Made by a program: the position numbers and the translations under genes. Positions 53,101-64,000 of a DNA stretch of 64,000 nucleotides are shown piece by piece. Under the pieces are notes generated by a model that was not told where the DNA came from, searched no databases, and was given only the letters and a program-made list of their open reading frames with translations. Every line of letters starts with the position of its first letter. Within the stretch, counting starts at the first letter, position 1. Origin of the DNA: Ruditapes philippinarum (taxonomy: Eukaryota); NCBI RefSeq assembly GCF_026571515.1, contig NW_026857880.1, positions 496,001-560,000 on the forward strand, written 5' to 3'.

Positions 53101-56100
53101 TTATGGAGCATAGATAACTTGATTTATGGAGCATAGATAACTTGATTTATGGAGCATAGATAACTTGATTTATGGAGCATAGATAACTTGATTTATGGCT
53201 TAGAAACCGTTGATTCAGAGCCTACCTAATTGTTATGGTTCACATTATTCCAAATGCTTTCAATTGTCAAGCAGAATTTGGATATATCTGTGCGTAATGG
53301 CTCACCATTGCATTGTACAAACATAGTCTCAAAACAAAAACAAACAATTTAATGATATTTTAACTTAAACAATTTTTTCCTTTTTATTTGTAGAAAAAAA
53401 TAGTTTTAGATTAGAATACCAAAAGGCCTCAAGTCTTGCATACACTAGAAGAACATAAGAAACCTTTTCATTTGAATTCTTAAATTGTAAAATAAATTAC
53501 TAGATACATGTACTTCTTTCATGAATCTTCGATCATAAAAATTCACATACATTTTATTTTAAGCCACATTTTAACTACTGTCATCAAATGTATTTTTTAA
53601 CTAATTAGAATTATTTTAAAGAAATAAGCCTTTTGACTAGAAAAGAAAACAACAAATAATTAAAGAATTGTCATAATACCAAAATGTTTATTAACATTCC
53701 ATGTATTTAAATGGATGTTTATTTTTATGTTTCACTGGTTATACTATTGTGGTTATCTTTTAATGATAAAGGTTTTTGTTTTAAAACTGTTAGTAAATAT
53801 CCTTAATTGTATAATTTATTACTCTTTGATTCATATCTAGTAAAATTTACAATGCTATCGTTGATGTATGTTGATTTGATGTAGAGATTAAACTATTGTT
53901 ATTGACAAGGGTATGGCGTAGGTTTCACACACCTTTGATACATGATAGGTTTAAATGTAGCTTTAACAGACTGGGAGCATGCAATGTTCGGATCATGTTA
54001 CATGTTTAATAACAGTAATGGCATTCTTCTGAACATAATTATTGAACGTTGTCTCCATCTATGACCTCAAGGTTATTAACAGATGCTTGTTTATTTTGTT
54101 TGTTAATTTATATGGATTAATATTTTACAAAAGGCTCTTTGCTTTAACTCTAGCCAAGTGTTTATTATAATTTATTTACATGGATTAATATTTTATAAAG
54201 TCTTCTTGGCTTAAACTCTGCTCAATTGCATTTTTCCTTTCCAAATTTTTTTGTAATTATGTCATACTTGCTGAAAAATTGGTTTTTGGTTTTTCTTTTG
54301 TTCTATTTAGGTGGTAAAAGATAATATTTACAAAGCAGTGCTTTTTGGGGGGATGAAATGATGGCAAGATCATGGAAATGGAAAAGTTGCATCATGGTGA
54401 GGGGAGGGAAAAATTAATTCTGCTTGACTGTGCTTGCAGGCATTATAAATGCTCCTTTGTGTGTGTGTGGGGGGGGGGGGGGGGATTTTCATTTCCACTT
54501 GTGGAAAAAAATCAGACCTAGTGACTGCATATGTGGCTGCAAAGTAATAGTATTTTGATTTCGAAATACCTTATTCCACTAAAATGCTACTCTGTATCCT
54601 TATCAACACGAGTCTTCTATTCAAGTGACGATTAAAGAATATTGTTTTATATTGTAGGGTCTGTACTACTCTTACTACAAGACTATGATAGAATCACCAA
54701 CATTTACAGATGGTTTATACCAGGTCATGAATGACAACATCACAGAGTTTCCTCTCACAATTAATACTCTTAAAAGATTTAACTTATACCCAGAGGTAAG
54801 TTGAACTCACCGGAATTCATTATTGTATCATATTAGGGCCACCATGGCAGAGAGTTAAGGTATTTCATACATCAAGTATGTCACTGAATATAAATCTGTT
54901 GCCTCTCACTGCTTTGGATTCCAACAATGTCATGAACTTGAATTATTTAATGTGAGGTGGCAACTCAACAAGCTTGTAATGTATGTGGTTCTACTTGTAT
55001 CTACCTGCTTGATAACTTAAAATAATACACCATAGGGCACATAGATTGATTTAAACTTGGGGAAGGGGACTTTGACTTTTCCATCAAAGAAATTTTGCCA
55101 GACAAAGTTACATGTGAATTGTTTTAAAAATCCACTTGTTTTGTCATTTTATTGAAATAAATTTGGATTTAGTTTTAATTTAAATATCTATTGCTTTAGA
55201 TGGTTCAACCATTAATTGTTCTAAATTAGTATATACAGTAGATAATTGATAAATATACAGTCATGTATTCTTATAATACTGCATGTTTGTAACATTGCTA
55301 TGCAATGGATAATTGTAACATATTATAAAATTTTATATACACAGCTGCTGTTAATTTACGAAGAATCTCACTTTTTTCTCTAAAAAAAAGATGCTTATTT
55401 GCTGTTTTATAAATTTGTTATAAATATTTCTGACATGTTATATGGCCCTATATAAACAGATGTTTGCAATATAACCCTCACCTAGTGGCTTGGGTTATAT
55501 TTCCAAACAATAGTTTATAAAGGGCCATATAACCTGTCAAAAATCATTATAACTAATATCATAAAACTATCATATTATCAACTGTAGAAAATAAATAATC
55601 ACTTGATTTTACATAATTTTTTTGTTCATAGTTAAATAACTTTAAGTTGAAGTATCACATTAATCTTATTAATTGGATCTTCTGATCAATATACTGTACA
55701 TATATCAGAAATCTAAGAAGAATTTATTTACATCATTCTGTGAATCATAAGTTAAACTTTTTTCCGTTATAAATTGAATATCTAACTATATTTAATTAGA
55801 TATATTTGTCATATCTGTGTTTTGTAGGTAGCTTTAGCTATTGGTTATCGAGCATATGAAGCTATTAATGCAGCATTTAATAGACCTACAAAAATGTGTT
55901 GGCGTGTAAATCGTGGAGAAGGTCTTAGTCCCGTCCAAAGTTGCGAAGGTTTGTTGAATAGATCAATAAAATTTCCATTCCTTGTTATTCTCCATATGCA
56001 TAAAGGTCACCCATGAAAATTTACATGTGTGGGTACTTTATTAATAAAAACCCAAATGTTTTGCATGCTAAATAATTTATAAAAAAAAATTGTTTACTTA

Positions 56101-59100
56101 CATACCCACTGTTACAGGTTTGGTTCATGTAACATAAGCGATAAGTTACACTAAACTACCAGTTTTAAGGAAGAGTAGATAAATGATGGGATATTAGTGG
56201 TGGCATGGCTAACATCTAAGGATTGCTAGCCACATAGGTTCAAACCCTGTCAAAGGCAAGCTGTTGTTTCCATGAGCAAAAACTTTACATGTAGTACTTG
56301 TTTTTTCTAGGAACAGATTCAAGAGTATTTCAACAATCTTATATCTTAAAACACATTCGATCTAAAACAAATTGACATATAATCAACAGTTGATTGATAA
56401 TTTTGTTTATCTAGTCATGTAAGTAATACATATATAAAACAAATTATTTCTGGTTTTCATAGGCTTCTGATTTCTTATTCTTTACCGACGTTTAAAAGAG
56501 AGGCAATTACATAGCAAACATGTATTTGATGTACACATGTTATGATTAAACCAAATACTGTACATTCAGGTTTGGGTGAGCCGTCATATTTCTATGTGGA
56601 ACATGTGTTCATATTGAATGGAATGATGATGTCCATATTCTTTCTGTTCGGCACCTACCTCAGGTAAGTGTAGCACTGCATTGTGGGTGTTAAACTTTTG
56701 GGAAATATTTGTGCTGATTGATTCTGATTTATAAGGTCCTTATCTGAAGGTGATACTCTCGTCTTAAGCTTGGATAATGTTTGACAAATTTCAGCAATTT
56801 TGTATAGCATAGTGTCAGTCAGTCACTGTAATTTTTGCCAAACAAACATGTCAATCAATTTAAGAGAATGCCTGTTATCATTACAAAATGTTGTGCATGA
56901 TTTATCTATGAAAAATAAGAAAAGATAAGAAAAATTAACAAGTTTTCATTTTATATTAATGATAACATTTCTATATATAAATTTCAATTTTTGTTTTTTT
57001 CAAAAGTTTTCCTGTAGTGTTGCAAAGTCTGGTCTGTATATATAGAAACATGATAATGTCATGTTACCTAAGTTTGCCAAAACTTGTTCAAGCTTTTGAT
57101 GTATGGGATACATGATTTTCTCAACCCTAATCTTGCTTGAGCCAAAGACAATTAGCCTTTGCCACATGTTCAGAGTGAGGCCAGCCTAGATATTTATGCT
57201 CTTTATTGTTGGTCAACTGACTGAAAAATTCCAACTTGATATCCCTTGAATTGATAATAGACAGTTTCTAAAATGAAAGGTGGACTGGTCCATTTTAAGA
57301 AATTCAGCAGGTTATGGATTAAAACTTGCTGACTTTGTAGGATGGAATAATTTGCTAAGCTTTGAATTAAGACTGATCGCTCTATTGAAAGTTTAAGGGA
57401 TTTTAATGTCATAGAAGAACATATTAGAATAGAAAAACTAACAAGACTGCAGGGATGTACAGGCTGGCCTGGCACTGTACTGATGGTAAAGGCAAATTGG
57501 AAGGTTAAGGGTTAAGCTGAATGCTGGTACTGAAAATTTCACTTATTATTGGTTTATTCACTTCTTACTTCACTTAGATCAGATCACCTGGGCTTAAAAT
57601 CTTGGCATGTTTCTAATTTATACTTAATTGAAAGTAAAATGTCACTCTGTGATTAAATCATTGCACGTCTTACATTTAATTTAAAATATTTGTATCTACA
57701 TGAAGTCTGTTTTTTAGCTCGACTTTTCTATGAAAAGGGGAGCTATCCTACTCGCCCCGGCGTCGGCGTCGGCGTTGGCGTCACACCTTGGTTAAGTTTT
57801 TCGTACCACCCCACTTTATTTCAGAAGTATTACAAGTATGGCTTTGAAACTTACCATACTTGTTCACCATCATAACCTCCATCTACAGACAAGAGTACAT
57901 AACTCTGTCAAGGTTTTTGACAGAATTATGGCCCTTTTTTGACTTAGAAAGTGTATTGAGCTTGGTTAAGTTTTTTGTACCACCTCACTTTTTTTCAAAA
58001 CCATTGGAGGTATTGCTTTGAAACTGACCATACTTGTTTACCATCACGACCTTCATCAACAGACAAGAGGACATAACTCTGTCAAGGTTTTTGACAGAAT
58101 TATGCCCCTTTTTGACTTAGAAAATACATTGAATATGGGTAAAATCCACTTATTGCCTTAACCCTTTGAGATATTGCTTTGAAACTTTTAATGCTATTTC
58201 ACATCATTACCCCCATCTGTACGCAAGAGAAGGTAACTCTGTCAAGGATTTGTTTTAAAAATTAAGGCCTTTTATCGACTTAGAATCTTGGTTAAGTTTT
58301 TAGTACCAGTCCACTTTTTGACTGAACTGTTTGAGATATTAATTTGAAAGTTGGAATACTTGTTTACAATCATGATTCCCAAACATGTCCAGGAGAAGGT
58401 AATTCTGTCAAAGATTTTATTTGAATTATGGCCCTTAACTGTCAATGTTTTGTATTATAGGCAAGCACTAAAAAACTTAAAAAATCTAAAAAAATTCATT
58501 CCTATCCACTTGTTCACTTTACCATAAATTATGTCATATAAACATTGCTGTAATATTCAAGGGTATCAAACAACTAGTTCACTTTAAAAATACAGAGATT
58601 CTTGTATTGCCTTTTACTGCAAAAACTTTTTTTATTGGCAAGCAATAAAAAAGTCGAGCGCGCTGTCTTACGGACAGCTCTTGTTTGTGTTTCTTTTTAC
58701 AATTTATAAAACTTGTGGGATTGATTTTTTTTAAGTAGAATTTAATTCTGACAAAAATCATGATACATGTATGTGTTTTATATGGGATTATTATTGTCAC
58801 CTTAGTGCAGTAACAGGTTAACTCCTATAAAAATGCAATAGGAGTTAACCCATTACTGCACCTGGGTGACAATATATGTTTTAAATTTAATTACATGTAT
58901 GAATATTTTAAACTTTTTATCATGGGAAAAGATATTATATAAGTTTTTGATTGATTACTGTCCGCTTACAAAGTTTTTATTTTTTAAAGTTTTTTATACT
59001 TAAAATTTTAATTGTTAGTAATATGACACCATATTTTAATTTTAAACCATCAGAATACAATATAAGATAATTGTTTGAAGTGTAAAATTTTAATTGTACA

Positions 59101-62100
59101 TTATTTGTTGAGTAAGGATTCAAGGTGTGCCATTGGTATCACGCTGGTTGTTCGTAGATTTTTATAAAACTCAATAGGAATGGTCCTTTGATAGTCCTCT
59201 AAAAAACAGCTTAAACTATTCTTGTCTGTTTAAGAACATAGTAGCCTCTGGCAAAAGTTCCAAATGTCAACGCTGATACGTCGGGGCAACAGTTTTAACT
59301 GATCCTAAAACACCCATGAAATAACTGTATACTACGTACCCTCTAGTGAGGATTTTGGCCCTTCTTGTATACTATTTATATGTTTTAGGTTAAAAATTGT
59401 GGGATTATTTGTGTTCAAAGTTTGAGGTTGTGATGTTACATATATTGTTGAGTTTTATTTATGATAAATGTTTCACATGTGTTTTAAGTTTGCAGTTGTG
59501 GGATAACACATGATTAAACTTTAGAACAGTGTGAGTACAACCTGGTTTGAATTTAAAACATTGTGATTACATTCAGATTTGAATTTACAACCTGTTTTGA
59601 ATGAATAATAGTGTGATGTCAACCAGGTTTGAATTTAGATCAGTGTGATTATACACTGGTTTTGATTTGAAACAGTTTTGCTACAGTCTGGTTAGACTTT
59701 GAAACAGTGTGATTTCAATCGGTGTTGAATATAAAAACAGTTTGATGATGAATTGGTTTGAATTTAAAACAATGTGATTACAATCTGGTTTGAAACTAAA
59801 ACTGATTGATCACGAACGGGTTGGGATTTAGAAAAGTGTGATTACAATCTGGTTTGATTCTAAAACATATTGATCAGGAACGGGTTGGGATTTAGAAAAG
59901 TGTGATTACAATCTGGATTGATTCTAAAACATATTGATCACGAACGGGTTGGGATTTAGAAAAGTGTGATTACAATCTGGTTTGATTCTAAAACATATTG
60001 ATCACAAATGGGTTGGGATTTTGAAAAGTGTGATTACAATCTGGTTTGCATTTAGTATAGTGGGTTTACATGTTGGTTTGACTGTTTGTTTACAGTGGAA
60101 GCATGTTTGGAGGGATACTAACAGTGGCATCATTTTTCTTTAATCACGGCGAGGTATGGTTTTTACACTTACATAATTCTATGTGTATAAATGTACATGT
60201 ATGTATGTCAACAATATCTTAACAGTTTTGTAACATGAATGTTGTCAACAGATCACAATGGAAAGCTATGTTATTTTGGTGAACATGTTATTGACCTATG
60301 ATAAATATTACAAATTTGGTCATAACAAAATTTGTGATAAGATTTTAGAATATAAGAATGTTCTTATAATCTTCTTTGAGAATATATTTTGTCATGTGAC
60401 TTTCTTTATTAGGAACAATAACAAAAAATTTGATGCAGAATGTACAAGATAAGCATTGTTTTCACTATTTCATAAATTTTCAGGAACTCTTAAAGATGCA
60501 TTCCACTAGTGCATTGTAGTGTTGTGAATTCTTTGTAATAAAGATACATATTTAATTAAAGCCATTTTGGTTTTTTATAGGAGAATAAATTGAATATCAG
60601 ATTTTGACTTCTAGTTTTTCTCATTCATCTTATAGTTAGATAAGTAGTGCAGTCTTTGCATCATTATTTCAATGTGTGTTGACATCAAAATACTTTTATT
60701 ATTTAACTGCAAACAACAAATGCAAAACTCTTCAATATTCAATTTTGAGTGCTTACTTTTTATGAAGTCAAAACATAAAAAGAAAAATAAAGATGGCATA
60801 AATAATGTTATTGAAAGATAATTCATAAAAAACAAGTACTGGTATTAAAAGTGATATTTCTTTCTTCAGGCAACAAGAGTACAGTGGACACCACCATTAA
60901 GAGAAAGTTTTGCCTACCCGTTTCTTGTCATTCAGATGTTTTTAGTCACCCATCTTCTCAGGTATAACATTGATCTATTGTGTTTGCATGTTTATGATAT
61001 ATATTTTTTACCATTGTAATTATGACGTCTTTGAGAGAAAAAAAGTAAATTTTAGATTCATTGATAATTTTGTTTTGTAAAAATTTTGCAATGTGTGTAC
61101 ATTTACAGAGTAAATAAACATTTTTTTATTTCTCTTTATTTCTTTAAGTCATAATTATGCTTAAATTATGCCTAATAAATGAAGCTCAAACTATCAATAA
61201 ATATTACACATAATAATAAAATGTGAAATACAGCAAAAAGTGAATATTGCAATTAATGAATGTAAAGCAGTTTTAATTGACAGGTAATGAAAAAAAACAA
61301 TACATTCTATAAAATTACTAATTTTTACTCTTAGTTCATATCTAAATTTTAATAAGTTTAATTCATATTTTGAGCAATATTGGCATTATGTAATACATTT
61401 CAGGACATCAGCGCCAACATTTAAACACAGTCTACCTATTGCCATAGCAACCATTTTATTCATGTTACCATGGCAGGTAAACATTAGTATTTTATTATAA
61501 TTGTAAGAATAATGATAAAGGCTGTCTCACTCTACCCTTTTTAGAAGTTATATTATTGCTATTGTTAGCTTTATAATAAAGTGACGAAGCTGTCTACCAA
61601 TTAACTCAATGAGAAGAGCTTGATATTTATAGTACAGAGTCGCTTGTTTTGATCTGCAGGCTTGGTGAAATTTTTTATATAAAAATTGATCACAGACGTT
61701 GAGTAAAATAGTCATTTGTCTCTCACTGTTAATTCAAAAATGTACGATAAGTTGTGAAATCATCAATTACTGGTTAGTTATTCAGTAAAGTTCCAGGTAG
61801 ATGGGACAGCTGAGATATTGCCAAAATTGTGTTAAAGTGGATTTAAATGGCACTCACACGTGAAGGAAATAAAGGTTTTTTTGTGCAAGACATATATCCA
61901 ATGTGATGCAAAACAAACACCCTGGAAAAGGATAAAACAGATCTGAAGTACATGACACTATTTGAATATAAACAATATAAATGAAGAAAAAGCAAAAAAA
62001 AGTTAATTCTAGACTGACATTTACAGTCTTAAGATGTGTTTTAAACAATAAATTACATGTATTCTTAAATACTGATGATTAAGAAAATAAATTTGTTAGA

Positions 62101-63651
62101 TTAACAGGTTCCAAAACAATATTTATGGCAGCCTATATGTTTTTCCCACATATATTTGGTATTTTATATTTTACAAATTTTCGGCTGTATTTTCAGTTTG
62201 CTCAATTCGCCCTACTAACAGAAATGATTGCAGTTTTTGCCACATATGTGCTAGGTTATATTGGATCCCGTAAAATGAAAGTTTTTCTACTTGGAATAGG
62301 GGTATGTATACATATGCAATTCATGGAACTACTAAACAGTAAATTAAAATTGATTTTGTAAATAATGCTAAACTAAAGTAATATGAATATAAGAATCTTA
62401 CACTGGCTGCCGGTACAGACCGGAATATCTAGCTCAAGGGTAACAGTTTATGGTGGTAACAAGGCTCTGCAGAGTTTCCGCTAAACAGTTACCCAAGAGC
62501 TAGATATTCCTGTCTGTACCAACAGCCTGTGTTTTATTATTTTTCTTGCATATTACATATCTTTTTTTTTTTCAGAACAGAAATTACCAAAACTGATAAT
62601 CTCATTACACACTTTTTTCTTATAGTAGCGTAAGAACTTACAACTTTGATTCATAACAGTAAATGACGTCATCCTAAAAATGCAATTCATTCATTAAAGG
62701 TGCGCGACAGTGACGTCATTTAAAGCACGCAACTTGTCTTACATGGGGGTGTAAGACAGGTTTCTCTAGCACCAGTAAACAGAGATAATCCTGTCTGATA
62801 TGCAAGAAATTGCATCATCTCAGCCTAACAGTGTGAAAACCAAAATGAAAAACCCATCTTGAGGAGACTGTCAGATTGCGAAATGTGATAATTCTGTTTT
62901 AAATACCCTTGCCCTAAAGGGTTGGGGGCTTGATTGATGAATTAACTTGTTTGTGCATTATCATGTTTGTTATTGCTTTGCAGAGTGGGTTTATTGTAAG
63001 CTATGTTCTGCTGTTTGGCAACGAGATGTTATTGACCTCATTCTTTTTCTCTGGTCTGCTGACAATTACTGTAAGTATTCCTCATTCTCCCTAAATAAAC
63101 AAAATCCTATCTTGTCATCAAAACTTGAGTACATGTAGTTCTGTCTCTCTTTTTACTTCTTCTATGAAAATAAGGGAAAGCAATGTTAACTTTAAAAGTA
63201 AAAAGCAATTTGTTTTAACTTATTTAAGGTGTAAAACAAGTGACTTTTGTGCAAAGTAAATTCATAATCACAAAATGCCTTCTATATTTCACAATCTCTT
63301 TACATTCACTAGAGAGGCAGAAATGATAAACATTGATTTCCCTTGTTTTCAAAGTAATGAGATAGGTATATCTGACATTTTAAAAGTTTCAAAGCCTTTA
63401 ATTATAAATCAAATAAACAAATTATCATAATCGTGGTGTAAACAAGCCTCATTTTTATTTAGAATGAAAGATGTAAAGTATTGTATTAAAATTGGGTATT
63501 TGATAATCTAGTACACATGTACTTAAAACCTTGGCTGAATATTAGTTTTTATGATTGAATAATGAATAATAAACTTAATGTTTTACTATTTCAGAGTATA
63601 GTGTATATAGAACCAGTGCTTGAGACTCTTCGTATACGCCCTTTAATATGG
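50170..63651 (+). CDS. DPY19L1: DPY19-like C-mannosyltransferase (DPY19L1-type), first 12 exons; gene continues past the window
   Basis: Exons 50170-50341, 52240-52264, 52645-52732, 54658-54795, 55828-55948, 56570-56663, 60096-60153, 60870-60961, 61404-61476, 62197-62301, 62984-63070, 63595-63651. Motifs [95 protein letters not shown]. Confidence 0.94.
50633..51926. mobile_element. MITE with ~120-bp imperfect TIRs in DPY19L intron 1
   Basis: AGCCAAAAGTTCTAGCC...TATATGAAAGTCGAAAATGCATATGTT versus AACATATGCATTTTCGACTTTCATATA...GGCTAGAACTTTTGGCT. Confidence 0.8.
53038..53198. repeat. 23-bp minisatellite AGCATAGATAACTTGATTTATGG x7
   Basis: Perfect tandem copies. Confidence 0.95.
55416..55556. 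repeat. Palindromic element (~65-bp arms)
   Basis: TTATAA..TGACATGTTATATGGCCCT..AATATAACCC / GGGTTATATT..AGGGCCATATAACCTGTCA..TTATAA. Confidence 0.7.
57711..58685 (-). mobile_element. HINE-like element with degenerate ~175-bp internal repeats
   Basis: TTTTTAGCTCGACT...(CGGCGT)n ... AGTCGAGC GCGCTGTC..GACAGCTCTTGTT; same architecture as 44056-47175 but inverted. Confidence 0.8.
58792..58873. repeat. Hairpin palindrome
   Basis: ATTGTCACC..GTGCAGTAA..GGTTAACTCCTAT / ATAGGAGTTAACC..TTACTGCAC..GGTGACAAT. Confidence 0.8.
59510..60080. repeat. Degenerate ~31-bp minisatellite with a ~62-bp higher-order unit
   Basis: GTGTGATTACAATCTGGTTTGA core; dimeric units at ~59775-60045. Confidence 0.85.
62388..62810 (+). 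mobile_element. Hairpin-headed non-autonomous element (Crypton-like)
   Basis: Palindrome ~62400-62530; TTTCTTGCATA / TATGCAAGAAA inverted pair. Confidence 0.6.
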
Positions 63652-63886
63652 GTAGGTAATTATTATACCTTTAGCTTCTATTACATAATTATACTTAAAA
63701 CAACAGTTTGATCTTGAACCTCTGTGCAAGGATCTTTGAATTCCTTCATATTAGAAAGCATTTCAGCTAGCTTAGGAAGGTTGGTGGTTCTACTCAGATG
63801 CCTTCTTTTGTCTCATATAATGCACTGGATGTGTTTTAGGTCTTAGTCCTATAGGAACATTGCTATATGACCAGAATCTGAATTTA

Positions 63887-64000
63887 TTTTTAGCTCACCT
63901 GTCACAAAGTGACAGGGTGAGCTTTTGTGATCGCTTTTCGTCCGTCCGGCGTCCGTCCGTCGTCCTTCCGTAAACTTTTACTTTAAATGACATCTCCTCA
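63887..64000 (-). mobile_element. Terminus of another HINE-like element
   Basis: TTTTTAGCTCACCTGTCAC..GTGACAGGGTGAGCT palindrome followed by (CGTC)n. Confidence 0.7.

Overview
AT-rich eukaryotic (animal) genomic DNA. The repeat types suggest a bivalve mollusc, but that is inference. Most entries in the ORF track are spurious; the real genes are spliced and were rebuilt by hand from GT-AG boundaries with consistent phases. (1) 3.8-28.9 kb, minus strand: three intact 6-exon genes encoding ~190-aa secreted BRICHOS precursors (signal peptide - BRICHOS - furin site - 30-34 aa peptide with a conserved C-x2-C-x-G-x-C-N motif). An orphan promoter, ATG exon and signal-peptide exon of a possible fourth paralog has a 5'-truncated RTE-X-like LINE in its intron. 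Genes 1 and 2 sit in a ~6.2-kb segmental duplication. (2) 37.0-49.8 kb, minus strand: an 8-exon SPATA48/SPMIP7 (C7orf72)-like gene (433 aa) in which the exon-4 3' end plus splice donor is amplified into 23 tandem 64-bp copies. (3) From 50.17 kb, plus strand, head-to-head with (2): the first 12 exons of a DPY19L C-mannosyltransferase. The remainder is MITEs, a Tc1 remnant, hairpin-headed (Crypton-like) elements, Helentron-associated (HINE-like) satellite carriers, tRNA-derived SINE fragments and minisatellites.
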